Source: Anaerolineae bacterium (GTDB lineage: Bacteria; Chloroflexota; Anaerolineae; JAAEKA01). Taken from it: DNA of 64,000 nt. Each line of letters begins with the position of its first letter. The stretch's first letter is position 1. The DNA is taken from positions 191,569 to 255,568 of the forward strand of contig JBAQWV010000041.1 of NCBI GenBank assembly GCA_049299095.1, in the 5' to 3' direction. A program made the position numbers and the translations under genes. Below the pieces are notes generated by a model. That model was not told the origin of the DNA, did no database searches, and worked only from the letters and a program-made list of their open reading frames with translations. Positions 18,518-27,795 of the stretch are shown here, piece by piece.

Positions 18518-19369
18518 GTGAATCGTGTTGCGGTTGTTACCGATAGCAATGCTTTTATCTCGCCTCGTTTGGCTGAAAAGCTAAATATCCACATCCTCCC
18601 CCATACCATCTACCTGCCTCAGGGCGCGTTTCAGGAAGGGGTGGATTTATCGCCTGCGGACTATTTCCGTTTGGTCAAAGAAGCACGCGGTGATTTCATG
18701 CCGCGCGCCAGCGGACCGTCCATTGAAAGTTTCGCCGACCTGTACGGGCGTCTGCACCGACAAAACGATCAGATTTTGTCGGTACACATGTCCAGCCATC
18801 TTAGCAACACAGTTGAAAACGCCCGCGCGGCACGCCAGATGTACCTGGGCCGCTCCACCATCGAGATCATTGACAGCCTGTCCGCCACGGTCGGCCTGGG
18901 CTATCTGGTACAAACGGCCGCGGTGGCGGCCAGTGCCGGACGCAGCCTGGATGACTGCATTCGCCTTGTGCGCGGGCTGATGCCGCACATCTACCTGTTT
19001 TTTCTCGTCAAGCACCTGCCCTATCTGGAGCGCGAAAAACGCATCAGCCCCGCGCAGTCTATCCTCGGCAGCATGTTGAACATCCTGCCGCTGCTGCAAA
19101 TCGAGGATGGCGAGATCATTCCGCTGGAAAAGGTGCGCAACGCCCAGCAAGGCGTAGACAAGCTGTTCGACTATGTATCGGAATTCGGCAGCTTGCAGCG
19201 GGCCACCGTGCTGCAAAACGGCTTTGTCAAAGAACAGCAGGCTTTGCTGGAACGGCTCGAACTGGCCTATCCGGGCCAAACCTTCAACCAATTGAGTTAT
19301 AATCCGTCGCTGGCAGTCCACCTTGGCCCCGATGCAATGGGGGTTGTGGTGATGGAAGCTGTCAGCTAG
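18518..19369 (+). CDS. DegV family fatty-acid-binding protein (FakB-like)
   Basis: VAVVTDSNAFI...SGPSIESF...VHMSSHLSNTVENA...LGPDAMGVVV is the DegV layout. GTG start. Confidence 0.85.
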   Translation: MNRVAVVTDSNAFISPRLAEKLNIHILPHTIYLPQGAFQEGVDLSPADYFRLVKEARGDFMPRASGPSIESFADLYGRLHRQNDQILSVHMSSHLSNTVENARAARQMYLGRSTIEIIDSLSATVGLGYLVQTAAVAASAGRSLDDCIRLVRGLMPHIYLFFLVKHLPYLEREKRISPAQSILGSMLNILPLLQIEDGEIIPLEKVRNAQQGVDKLFDYVSEFGSLQRATVLQNGFVKEQQALLERLELAYPGQTFNQLSYNPSLAVHLGPDAMGVVVMEAVS

Positions 19370-19379
19370 GGAGCTTTTC

Positions 19380-21980
19380 GTGAACAACGCGATTGAACGC
19401 TTGAAAAAGATTTTGAAGCTGGAACAGCAGCAAGGTTGCCGCAACAAAGCGGTGATTGGTGGTTTGGGGCGCTTGTCAGAACGCTGGCAACTGGACGCGT
19501 CCAAAGAAAGCACGCTCACCGGCCAGCAAGAGCTGGTTGATCAGATAGTCGTGCTGCTGAACCGCTATAACGGGCTGGACAGCACCACCGCGCGCAAAGA
19601 CACCCTCGACCAGATCGCCGCGCTGGTGGCCCAGTGGGATCACCCGCCTGCGCCCCGCCCCGCGCCGCAAGAAACGCCCGTGCCCGCGCCGGTGGCGAAG
19701 CCAGTGGCACCGGCTGTAGTGACACAAAAACCAGCACCCTCCCCTGCGCCAGCACAAACGCCAAAGCCAGCGCCGGCCCCTGCGCCCAAGCGTCCAACCC
19801 CGCCCGCGCCCAAGCCGGCACCGCGCCCCCCCACGCCAGCCATCGCATACGGCCCGGCCTATGCCAATGTGCGCCCCACGCCCGTGGGGTCTGCCAGCCT
19901 GAACGCCTCGCTCAATCGCCTGCAAGGGATCGGCACCGGTTACATGGAAAAGCTGGGCAAGATGAATGTCCGCACCGTGGGCGATCTGTTGTGGCTGCTG
20001 CCGCGCCGCTATGATGATTACCGCAACCTCAAGCAGATTTACCAACTGCGCGATGGCGAAACAGTGACGATTCTGGCGAACCTTTGGGACTTGAAAACCA
20101 AACGCCTGCCGGGCCGCGGGGCCACCCTCGTTTCGGGCGTCCTGGGCGATTCCACGGCCACGCTGGAAGTGACCTGGTTCAGCCCCTTTGTTGCCAAACA
20201 ACTGCGCACCGGCCAGTCGTATGTGTTCAGCGGCAAGGTACAAAGCTACCGCGGTCGCCTGCAAATGAACAACCCTGAGTTCGAAGAACCGGATGCCGAA
20301 TTGCTGCACACCGGTCGTCTGGTGCCGGTCTACCCGCTGACCAAAGGCATTACCGCCCGCTGGATGCGCAACCTGCAAAAGCGCGTGGTAGACGAATGGG
20401 GCAAGCGCGTCCACGATTATCTACCGGAAAGCGTGCGCCAAAGCGCCGGGCTGCTGACCCTGAGCGAGGCGCTGGATCAGGTGCATTTTCCCGACGACAA
20501 TGAAATGCTCCAGGCCGCGCGCCGTCGGCTGGCCTTCGACGAGCTATTTATGATCCAAATCGGCGTATTGCGCCAGCGCGCCGAGTACCGTGCGCTGCCC
20601 ACGCAGCGGTTTCCACTGGACGCGGCCGCGCAGGCGGCCTTCGCAGGGGCGCTGCCCTTCCAGTTCACCGGCGCACAAACGCGCGCCACCGCTGATATTT
20701 TGCAGGACATGGCAGGCGACCGCCCAATGAGCCGCCTCGTACAGGGCGATGTGGGATCGGGCAAGACCGCCGTGGCCGCCAACGCCATGTGGGCCGTGGC
20801 AAACAACGGCGCACAAAGCGCGCTGATGGCCCCGACCGAAATCCTGGCCGAACAGCATTTCCGCGGCTTGAGCCGCCTGTTTACCGGGCTGGAGGTGCAA
20901 GGCCGCCCCGTGCGCGTTGGTCTGCTCACCGGCAACGTCAAAGGGCAAGAGCGCGCGGCCATGCTCAGCGGGCTGGCCGCCGGCGAAGTGGACATCGCGG
21001 TGGGAACCCATGCGCTGATTCAGGACAACGTGGCCTTTCACAACCTCGGCTTGGCGATCATTGACGAGCAGCACCGCTTTGGCGTGCGCCAGCGCGCAGT
21101 GCTGCACGAGCAGGCGATTGCAGAAGCGGGCCAGCCGGAAGACCCCGCGCCGCATCTGCTCGTGATGACCGCCACGCCAATCCCACGCACCCTGTCGTTG
21201 ACGATCTTCGGCGATCTGGACGCATCGGTGATTGACGAGATGCCACCGGGCCGCCAGCCGATCAAGACGCGCTGGATGCTACCCACCGAACGCGAGCGCG
21301 CCTACAGCTTCATCCGCCGCCAGGTGGAAACCGGACGGCAGGCGTTCATCATCTACCCGCTGGTGGAAGAATCGGAGAGCCTGAGCGCCAAAGCCGCCGT
21401 GCCAGAGTTTGAACACCTCTCGCGCGCGGTATTCCCGCAGTTCAAGCTGGGCCTGCTGCATGGCCGCATGAAAAGCGCGGAAAAGGACGCGGTGATGCAG
21501 GCAATGCAGCGCGGCGACATTGATATTCTGGTGGCGACTTCGGTGATCGAAGTAGGTATTGATATTCCCAACGCCACAGTGATTTTGATCGAAGACGCGG
21601 AACGCTTCGGCCTGGCGCAGTTACACCAGTTCCGCGGGCGCGTAGGCCGCGGCCAGCACGCATCGTACTGCATCCTGATCTCGGAGGCGAGCACGCCGCA
21701 CGCGGCCGAGCGTCTGCACGCGCTGGAACAATCGCAGGATGGCTTTGCACTGGCCGAGAAGGACTTGCAATTGCGCGGCCCCGGCGATTTCTTTGGCACC
21801 CGCCAGAGTGGCCTGCCCGATCTGAAATTGGCGCAATTGAGCGACCTGCGCACGCTGGAGCAGGCGCGCACAGAAGCGGCCCGCCTACTGGCGGAAGACC
21901 CCGACCTGTCGCGACCCGAACATATTGCACTGGGCCGCAAAGCGCGCCAATTCTGGCGCGGCGACGGAGATGTGAGCTAA
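19380..21980 (+). CDS. recG: ATP-dependent DNA helicase RecG with a ~170-aa N-terminal extension
   Basis: Wedge/OB region, Walker [29 protein letters not shown], and [12 protein letters not shown]. The N-terminus carries a Pro/Ala-rich low-complexity tract. Confidence 0.95.
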   Translation: MNNAIERLKKILKLEQQQGCRNKAVIGGLGRLSERWQLDASKESTLTGQQELVDQIVVLLNRYNGLDSTTARKDTLDQIAALVAQWDHPPAPRPAPQETPVPAPVAKPVAPAVVTQKPAPSPAPAQTPKPAPAPAPKRPTPPAPKPAPRPPTPAIAYGPAYANVRPTPVGSASLNASLNRLQGIGTGYMEKLGKMNVRTVGDLLWLLPRRYDDYRNLKQIYQLRDGETVTILANLWDLKTKRLPGRGATLVSGVLGDSTATLEVTWFSPFVAKQLRTGQSYVFSGKVQSYRGRLQMNNPEFEEPDAELLHTGRLVPVYPLTKGITARWMRNLQKRVVDEWGKRVHDYLPESVRQSAGLLTLSEALDQVHFPDDNEMLQAARRRLAFDELFMIQIGVLRQRAEYRALPTQRFPLDAAAQAAFAGALPFQFTGAQTRATADILQDMAGDRPMSRLVQGDVGSGKTAVAANAMWAVANNGAQSALMAPTEILAEQHFRGLSRLFTGLEVQGRPVRVGLLTGNVKGQERAAMLSGLAAGEVDIAVGTHALIQDNVAFHNLGLAIIDEQHRFGVRQRAVLHEQAIAEAGQPEDPAPHLLVMTATPIPRTLSLTIFGDLDASVIDEMPPGRQPIKTRWMLPTERERAYSFIRRQVETGRQAFIIYPLVEESESLSAKAAVPEFEHLSRAVFPQFKLGLLHGRMKSAEKDAVMQAMQRGDIDILVATSVIEVGIDIPNATVILIEDAERFGLAQLHQFRGRVGRGQHASYCILISEASTPHAAERLHALEQSQDGFALAEKDLQLRGPGDFFGTRQSGLPDLKLAQLSDLRTLEQARTEAARLLAEDPDLSRPEHIALGRKARQFWRGDGDVS

Positions 21981-22471
21981 TGACGACTGCTTTGTATCCT
22001 GGCTCGTTTGATCCGATTCACAACGGCCATATTGACATTGCCCAGCGCGCAGCACAGCTTTTCGACCGCGTGGTGGTGGCGATCTACGACAACCCGTCCA
22101 GCAAGCGGCTGCTGTTCAGCACCGAGCAGCGCGTCGCTCTGGCGCAAAACGTGCTGGGGCATCTGCCCGCGGTCGAGGTGATCCCCTACTTCGGCCTGAC
22201 CGTAGACATTGCCCGCCGCGTTGGCGCGACCGCAATTGTGCGCGGCCTGCGCGCCAGCTCCGATTATGAATATGAAGCGCAGTTGGCCCACGCCAACAAG
22301 GCGTTGGCTCCCGAAGTTGACGCCGTCATGTTGTTGACCAGCTTGCACTATGCTTATTTGAGTGCAACGATTTTAAAAGAAGTGGCGACGCTGCATGGTG
22401 ACATCAGCCAGTGGGCGCCGCCCGTGGTGCAGGAAGCGCTACGAACGCGCCTAGCAGCAAATCAGCGTTGA
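21980..22471 (+). CDS. coaD: Phosphopantetheine adenylyltransferase
   Basis: [17 protein letters not shown]...VRGLR...DYEYE. The start overlaps the recG stop (TAATG). Confidence 0.95.
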   Translation: MTTALYPGSFDPIHNGHIDIAQRAAQLFDRVVVAIYDNPSSKRLLFSTEQRVALAQNVLGHLPAVEVIPYFGLTVDIARRVGATAIVRGLRASSDYEYEAQLAHANKALAPEVDAVMLLTSLHYAYLSATILKEVATLHGDISQWAPPVVQEALRTRLAANQR

Positions 22472-22511
22472 CCTGCATTCCAAACAGTGCTATGCCGAGG
22501 TTTCCGTCGGC

Positions 22512-22970
22512 ATGGAGGGTAAGATCATAGAACTTCAGCAACTCATCAACCAATTGGAAAGTGTTGTAAACCAGGCTAAGCGCGTGCCGCTGTCCCAAAG
22601 CATTATTGTGGACGAAGAATCATTACGCCGTGTCATTGATCAGATGCGCGTCTCCGTGCCCGACATCATCAAACAGGCCGAGCGCACGCTGGGCGAACGC
22701 GACCGCATCATCGCGCAGGCCAACGAAGAGGCTGCGCGCATCGTGCAGATGGGGCGCGAGCAAGCCACTGACATGATTGAGCATCACGAGCTGGTGGAAG
22801 ATGCCCGCCGCCGCGCCAACGACATTCTCGTAGGCGCAGATCAGGAAACCGCGGGGATGCGCGCCGAAGCTGACCGCTACGCGCTGAATTCACTGCTTAG
22901 CCTGGCCGAGCAATTGACCCGCCTTGAGCGGGAAGTACAGAACGGCATCAGCTCGCTTCAAGGCAATTAA
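22512..22970 (+). CDS. Coiled-coil protein of unknown function
   Basis: 152 aa and strongly helical/charged. GAGGT lies 11 nt upstream. I could not name a family with confidence. Confidence 0.6.
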   Translation: MEGKIIELQQLINQLESVVNQAKRVPLSQSIIVDEESLRRVIDQMRVSVPDIIKQAERTLGERDRIIAQANEEAARIVQMGREQATDMIEHHELVEDARRRANDILVGADQETAGMRAEADRYALNSLLSLAEQLTRLEREVQNGISSLQGN

Positions 22971-22996
22971 CCGACCAATTTCCTGACCCTGCCAGT

Positions 22997-23025
22997 TTGA
23001 CAGACACCTAACGCTGGCCTATAAT
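22997..23025 (+). promoter_or_regulatory. Perfect-consensus sigma70 promoter TTGACA-17-TATAAT
   Basis: TTGACA at 22997-23002, an exact 17-nt spacer, and TATAAT at 23020-23025. It lies upstream of yceD-rpmF. Confidence 0.6.
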
Positions 23026-23083
23026 TCGTGGTCTGGCGCGCTCGCGCATGTTTGTTATGCGTAGCGTTGGCCTGCCGTGATCT

Positions 23084-23629
23084 ATGAACGAAGAAAAGAA
23101 ACAATGGAATGTTGCGCAGTTGCTCAAAGAACCTATCGGAGCAACGCGCACCTACGAAGCAATTGCAACCGTTCTGTACAATGAGCCTGGCATCAACCAG
23201 GTTGGTCCGCTGACCGGATCGGTTTCGCTATTGCGCACCAACGAAGGCGTTCTCGTCGAGGGGACGTTCAACGGTGTGGTGACAGTAGATTGTAGCCGGT
23301 GTCTGAAGCCAGTGCGGCAAGCCGTGACGGTTGACTTGGTGGAAGAGTTCAAGCCAACCCTCGATGTGGTGCGCGGGACTTACCTGTCCACCGACGAAGA
23401 GGACGCGGCGCTGTTGATTGACGATCACCACCTGCTGGACATCAGCGAAGTGCTGCGTCAGGCAGTGTTGTTGGCCGTACCGATGCAGGTATTATGCCGG
23501 CCTGATTGCGCCGGTTTTTGCCAGACCTGTGGACAAGACCTAAACGAAGGCGATTGCGACTGTTCCGACGAAGAAGATGATCCTCGTTGGGATCAGTTAA
23601 GTGCGCTTTTAGAAGATATAAACAGTTAG
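23084..23629 (+). CDS. yceD: DUF177 protein YceD/YlbN (23S rRNA accumulation protein)
   Basis: The C-terminus CRPDCAGFCQTCGQDLNEGDCDC plus an acidic tail. It sits directly upstream of rpmF, as is usual. Confidence 0.85.
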   Translation: MNEEKKQWNVAQLLKEPIGATRTYEAIATVLYNEPGINQVGPLTGSVSLLRTNEGVLVEGTFNGVVTVDCSRCLKPVRQAVTVDLVEEFKPTLDVVRGTYLSTDEEDAALLIDDHHLLDISEVLRQAVLLAVPMQVLCRPDCAGFCQTCGQDLNEGDCDCSDEEDDPRWDQLSALLEDINS

Positions 23630-23646
23630 ATTAAAGGAGTAGTCTC

Positions 23647-23835
23647 ATGCCCCCATTGCCAAAGCGCAAAATTTCGAAGGGCCGCCGCGATCGTCGCCGC
23701 AGCCATGACGCGATCAGCAAGCCCAGCCTGGTGGAATGCCCCCAGTGCCACAACAAGCATCTGGCGCACCGGGTTTGCCCCAGCTGCGGCAGTTACCGCG
23801 GCCGCGCGGTGCTGTCCACTGAAGAAGAGAAGTAG
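23647..23835 (+). CDS. rpmF: 50S ribosomal protein L32
   Basis: MPPLPKRKISKGRRDRRRSH...CPQCHNKHLAHRVCPSCGSY. Confidence 0.95.
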   Translation: MPPLPKRKISKGRRDRRRSHDAISKPSLVECPQCHNKHLAHRVCPSCGSYRGRAVLSTEEEK

Positions 23836-23836
23836 A

Positions 23837-23880
23837 AACGATGACATGTCAGTTGGACATGTCATCGTTCCCCCTCTTTT
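23837..23880 (+). terminator. Rho-independent terminator after rpmF
   Basis: Perfect 14-bp stem aacgatgacatgtc/gacatgtcatcgtt with a 5-nt loop, followed by CCCCCTCTTTT. Confidence 0.75.
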
Positions 23881-23997
23881 CGGGCGATTGGAGATATTTT
23901 GCCGACGGCGCGGGACTCTATCCGCGCAGCCGGCCACCTGACGGGGGATTGGCAACCAGGCCAAGTCCCCCGCTTTAGTTAAGCCGAGACCCCTCGC

Positions 23998-24942
23998 GTG
24001 AGCAAAACAGCTTTTCTCTTCCCCGGTCAAGGATCGCAGGCGGTCGGTATGGCGCAGGCTTTAGCCGAGCGTTATCCCGTTGCCGCGGCGACAATGGCCG
24101 AAGCTGACGACGTCCTGGGAATTGCTCTGTCCGCGCTGTGTTACCACGGCCCGGAAGAGCTGCTGACCGACACGATCAATGCCCAGCCCGCCTTGCTAGC
24201 CTCTAGCGTGGCAACGTTGCGCGTTTTGCAGGAGGCACTGCCTGACCTGCCGGCCCCGGCACTGGTGGCTGGTCACAGCATGGGCGAATATTCGGCGCTG
24301 GTGGCCGCGGGCGCGCTCAGCTACGCCGACGGCCTGCGGTTGGTGCGCGAGCGCGGGCGGCTGATGAAGGAAGCGGGTGTGCGCGCGCCGGGCGGCATGG
24401 CAGCCCTGCTGGGGCTGGATGCCGCGGCTGTCGAGGCATTGTGTGCGGAGGCAGCCGCACAAACCCGCGGCGTAGTGCAGCTCGCCAACGATAATTGTCC
24501 CGGTCAAACGGTGATTTCCGGCGATTTTAATGCACTGGAAGCGGCGATGGAACTGGCGCGGCAGGCTGGCGCGAAGAAAATCGTGCGGCTGGCTGTCAGC
24601 ATCGCGGCCCATTCGCCCTTGATGGAACCGGCCGCAGCCGCGCTGCGGGCTGCCGTCGAAGCAACGCCGATTGCCGTGCCTGCTGTACCAGTGATTGGTA
24701 ACGTCCACGCTGAGCCGCTGCTCTCGGTGGCCGACGTTCGCGCGGATCTCGCCAGTCAGTTGACGGCCTCGGTGCGCTGGACCGAATCTATGCGTTACGC
24801 GGTCAGCCAGGGCGTAACCCGTGTGGTTGAGATCGGTTCCGGCGACGTGCTGGCGAACTTGATGAAGCGCATTGACCGTGAGGTGCAGCGGCTAGCTGTG
24901 GGCGATCCCGATGGGGTCGAACGGCTGCGCGCGGCGCTGTAA
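23998..24942 (+). CDS. fabD: Malonyl CoA-ACP transacylase
   Basis: FLFPGQGSQAVGM and the active site GHSMGEYSAL. GTG start. Confidence 0.95.
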   Translation: MSKTAFLFPGQGSQAVGMAQALAERYPVAAATMAEADDVLGIALSALCYHGPEELLTDTINAQPALLASSVATLRVLQEALPDLPAPALVAGHSMGEYSALVAAGALSYADGLRLVRERGRLMKEAGVRAPGGMAALLGLDAAAVEALCAEAAAQTRGVVQLANDNCPGQTVISGDFNALEAAMELARQAGAKKIVRLAVSIAAHSPLMEPAAAALRAAVEATPIAVPAVPVIGNVHAEPLLSVADVRADLASQLTASVRWTESMRYAVSQGVTRVVEIGSGDVLANLMKRIDREVQRLAVGDPDGVERLRAAL

Positions 24943-24993
24943 CCAAGGCGTATTGGGTTCAGCAACCACCGCCAAACGATGCGAGGTTTTTAC

Positions 24994-25749
24994 ATGAACC
25001 GCTTTCAAGGAAAAGTTGCCATTGTGACCGGAGCGAGCCGTGGTATCGGCCGCGGCATTGCTATGCGGCTGGCGCAGGAAGGTGCGCGCGTGGTGGTAAA
25101 CCACCGCGGCAGCGCCGAGGGCGCAGAAGAAACCGCGCAATTGATCCGTGCGGCAGGCGGCGAGGCGCTGGTGATCCAGGCGGACATCAGCCAGTTCAAC
25201 GAAGCGCAACGGCTGGTGCAGGAAACAATCGCCGCGTTTGGTCAGGTGGATGTGTTGGTGAATAATGCAGGCACCACCCGCGACACCTTGCTCATGATGA
25301 TGAAAGAAGAGCAATGGGACACGGTGATTGACACCAACCTCAAGAGTGTCTTCAACTGCTGCAAAGCGGTGGCGCGGCCGATGGTCAAACGCAAGACCGG
25401 ACGCATCGTCAACATCAGCAGCGTGTCAGGGCTGGCTGGCCAGGCAGGTCAAACCAACTACGCGGCCAGCAAAGCGGCTGTCATCGGCTTCACCAAATCG
25501 CTGGCCAAGGAGCTGGGCAGCCGCAACATCACAGCCAACGTGGTGGCGCCGGGCTTTGTACCGACCGCGCTGACAGAAGGAATTCTGGCGGAAGGCGACA
25601 ACACGCAGAAAGCCATCGAAGCCACGCCGCTGGGGCGCCTCGGCACGCCGGAAGACATTGCCGCGGCAGTGGCGTTTCTGGCGTCTGATGAAGCCAGCTT
25701 TATTACAGGGCAAGTGTTAAGTGTTGACGGCGGCCTGGTGATGCAATAG
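24994..25749 (+). CDS. fabG: 3-oxoacyl-ACP reductase (SDR)
   Basis: VAIVTGASRGIG, NNAG, and S...YAASKAAVIGFTKSLA. The ATG at 24994 follows GAGGT. Confidence 0.9.
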   Translation: MNRFQGKVAIVTGASRGIGRGIAMRLAQEGARVVVNHRGSAEGAEETAQLIRAAGGEALVIQADISQFNEAQRLVQETIAAFGQVDVLVNNAGTTRDTLLMMMKEEQWDTVIDTNLKSVFNCCKAVARPMVKRKTGRIVNISSVSGLAGQAGQTNYAASKAAVIGFTKSLAKELGSRNITANVVAPGFVPTALTEGILAEGDNTQKAIEATPLGRLGTPEDIAAAVAFLASDEASFITGQVLSVDGGLVMQ

Positions 25750-25769
25750 CCGCCCTGCCACGGTGACCT

Positions 25770-26144
25770 ATGAGCCAAGAATACGACATGCCGTTGGGCA
25801 CGATTACGATTGCACCGAGTGTACTGAACACGATTGTGCGCATGACCACGTTGAACCAGCCGGGCGTGTTACGACTGTCCTCGCGCACCCAGTCCGGGCT
25901 GCCGCGGCTGCGCGGCAAAAGCGCGCCGGATGAGGGCTTGCGCGTTGAGGTGCTGGAAAACGACACGGTTGCCGTGGATGTGCATGTAATCGCTGATCCT
26001 ACGGCCAGCCTGACTGATTTGGGCAAGATTTTACAGACCCAGATTGCCCGCGCACTAGAGTTGATGGTTGGAATGCAGACGCGCTCCGTGAACGTTTTTA
26101 TTGATGAGGTTGAGTTCGACCCATCTAGCAAGAGTTCCTTATGA
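25770..26144 (+). CDS. Asp23/Gls24 family protein (YqhY-like, upstream of nusB)
   Basis: ITIAPSVLNTIVRMTTLNQPGVLRL...VDVHVIAD. ATGA overlap with nusB. Confidence 0.8.
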   Translation: MSQEYDMPLGTITIAPSVLNTIVRMTTLNQPGVLRLSSRTQSGLPRLRGKSAPDEGLRVEVLENDTVAVDVHVIADPTASLTDLGKILQTQIARALELMVGMQTRSVNVFIDEVEFDPSSKSSL

Positions 26145-26629
26145 AACTGCGACGCAAAGCCCGTATGGCTGTGCTGCAAGCATTGTATGAAGTGGATGTT
26201 GCCAACCATCCTGCGGGCGACGCGCTGGAATCGCGTTTACGCGACGAGCCACTGCCCCCGGCGGCTGAAACGTTCGCCCGTCAGTTGATGACGGGCATTT
26301 TATCCCATCGCCATCGTCTGAATGAGCTGATTACGCGCTATGCACCGGAATGGCCGCTCGATCAGATGGCGGTGCTGGATCGCAACATTTTACGCATTGC
26401 TATTTTCGAGTTGAGCAATGCCGATCTGGACACTCCTTCCAAAGTGGCGATCAACGAAGCGGTAGAGATGGCGAAAGTTTTCGGCAGCGACAGCAGCCCG
26501 CGCTTTATCAATGGCGTGCTGGGAGCGCTGATGGCTGAAGCGCCGCGCCCAGAGTTGGGCAACGCTCTGCCGCCGGAAATGCAGGGTGGCTTGACGCCCG
26601 GCGCATCGCCCGAGGCAGCCGCGGCATGA
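26141..26629 (+). CDS. nusB: Transcription antitermination factor NusB
   Basis: RKARMAVLQALYEVD...LDRNILRIAIFEL...INEAVEMAKVFG...FINGVL. Confidence 0.9.
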   Translation: MKLRRKARMAVLQALYEVDVANHPAGDALESRLRDEPLPPAAETFARQLMTGILSHRHRLNELITRYAPEWPLDQMAVLDRNILRIAIFELSNADLDTPSKVAINEAVEMAKVFGSDSSPRFINGVLGALMAEAPRPELGNALPPEMQGGLTPGASPEAAAA

Positions 26630-26964
26630 ATCTGTTTGGCGTTGGCAGCGGGGAGTTGATTCTGATCCTTGTGATCATCCTTTTGGTCATGGGGCCTGAA
26701 CGCTTACCGCAGTTGGCCCGCCAATGGGGCAAAATCGTCCGCACCCTCTCCCAATTTACCCGCACCTGGCAACAATTCAACGCGGAACTCAATCGCCAGT
26801 TGACGCTGGAAGAGCGCGCCGAGCAGCAACGTCATACAGAGGCGCTGCGCGCCAAGGACAACGCGGACGCACCCACTGAAGCCAACGAAAATACAATTGC
26901 GCCGCCGCGTGATCCAGCCACAGACGCGCCTCTCGCACCGCCAGAGGAACCCCCGCATGACTAG
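26626..26964 (+). CDS. tatA: Twin-arginine translocase TatA/TatB family protein
   Basis: MNLFGVGSGELILILVIILLVMGPERLPQLARQWGK followed by an amphipathic/acidic tail. ATGA overlap with nusB. Confidence 0.85.
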   Translation: MNLFGVGSGELILILVIILLVMGPERLPQLARQWGKIVRTLSQFTRTWQQFNAELNRQLTLEERAEQQRHTEALRAKDNADAPTEANENTIAPPRDPATDAPLAPPEEPPHD

Positions 26965-27691
26965 CCAATCGCAATGGGAGCTGCCGGAAACGCTGCAAGC
27001 GCTGCTGCCGCACCTGAACGAGCTGCGGCGACGGCTGTTTGTAGCGATTATTGCCCTGGCTGTCAGCACGGGGCTGGCGTTTTTGATTGCACCGCGCTTG
27101 CTGGCGCTGCTGGCGGTGCCGATTGGCGGGCTGGGGAACCTGCAAGCCATTGAGCTGACCGAACCAATCAGCGTATACATGCGCGTGGCGTTGATGGGTG
27201 GAGCGATCCTGGCAATGCCGGTGATCGTTTACCAGGTAGTTGCCTTCATCGTACCGGGGCTATTGCCGCACGAAAAACGTGGCCTGTACATTGCCTTGCC
27301 GTTCATCTTCCTTTCGTTTCTGGCAGGTGCAGCCTTTGCCTACTTCGTGATGTTGCCCACAGCCGTGCCGTTTCTGGCTAATTTCGGCGGCATTGAGGGC
27401 AATTTCCGCATCAGCAGCTACGTCAGTTTTACCACGCGGCTGATTTTGTGGGTGGGGGTGGCCTTCGAATCGCCGTTGATCATTGCGCTGCTGGCGCGGC
27501 TGGGCATCGTAACACCGCAAGCGCTGCGCAAGGGCTGGCGTGTGGCAATTGTCGTGATTGCTGTCATCGCTGCATTGATTACCCCCACGGTTGACCCGGT
27601 GAACATGGGCATCGTGATGCTGCCCCTGATTGTGTTGTACCTGCTCAGCATTGTGCTGGCTGGCTGGATGTATCAAAAACGTAATGAGTAG
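26957..27691 (+). CDS. tatC: Twin-arginine translocase subunit TatC
   Basis: LLPHLNELRRRLF with a six-TM layout and the FIVPGL.p.Ek motif. I prefer the ATG at 26957, which overlaps the tatA/B stop by 8 nt. Confidence 0.9.
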   Translation: MTSQSQWELPETLQALLPHLNELRRRLFVAIIALAVSTGLAFLIAPRLLALLAVPIGGLGNLQAIELTEPISVYMRVALMGGAILAMPVIVYQVVAFIVPGLLPHEKRGLYIALPFIFLSFLAGAAFAYFVMLPTAVPFLANFGGIEGNFRISSYVSFTTRLILWVGVAFESPLIIALLARLGIVTPQALRKGWRVAIVVIAVIAALITPTVDPVNMGIVMLPLIVLYLLSIVLAGWMYQKRNE

Positions 27692-27795
27692 CGCCTACTG
27701 CGTGATGCCGCTGGAATTCAGTTCGTCTAGTTGGCCGTCGCAACAGTCCACGCAGTACGCATACGCAACCATTCTGAACAAAGGAGTTCAAAGCA

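Noticed and set aside
19476-20414. 312-aa minus-strand ORF, plus several short ORFs over 19516-20014
   Set aside because: They are generated by the Pro/Ala-rich low-complexity tract of recG. recG motifs define the real frame.
27692-27795. 9-bp inverted repeat tactgcgtg/cacgcagta after tatC, considered as a terminator
   Set aside because: The arms are separated by more than 40 nt and no U-tract follows, so this is not a convincing intrinsic terminator.
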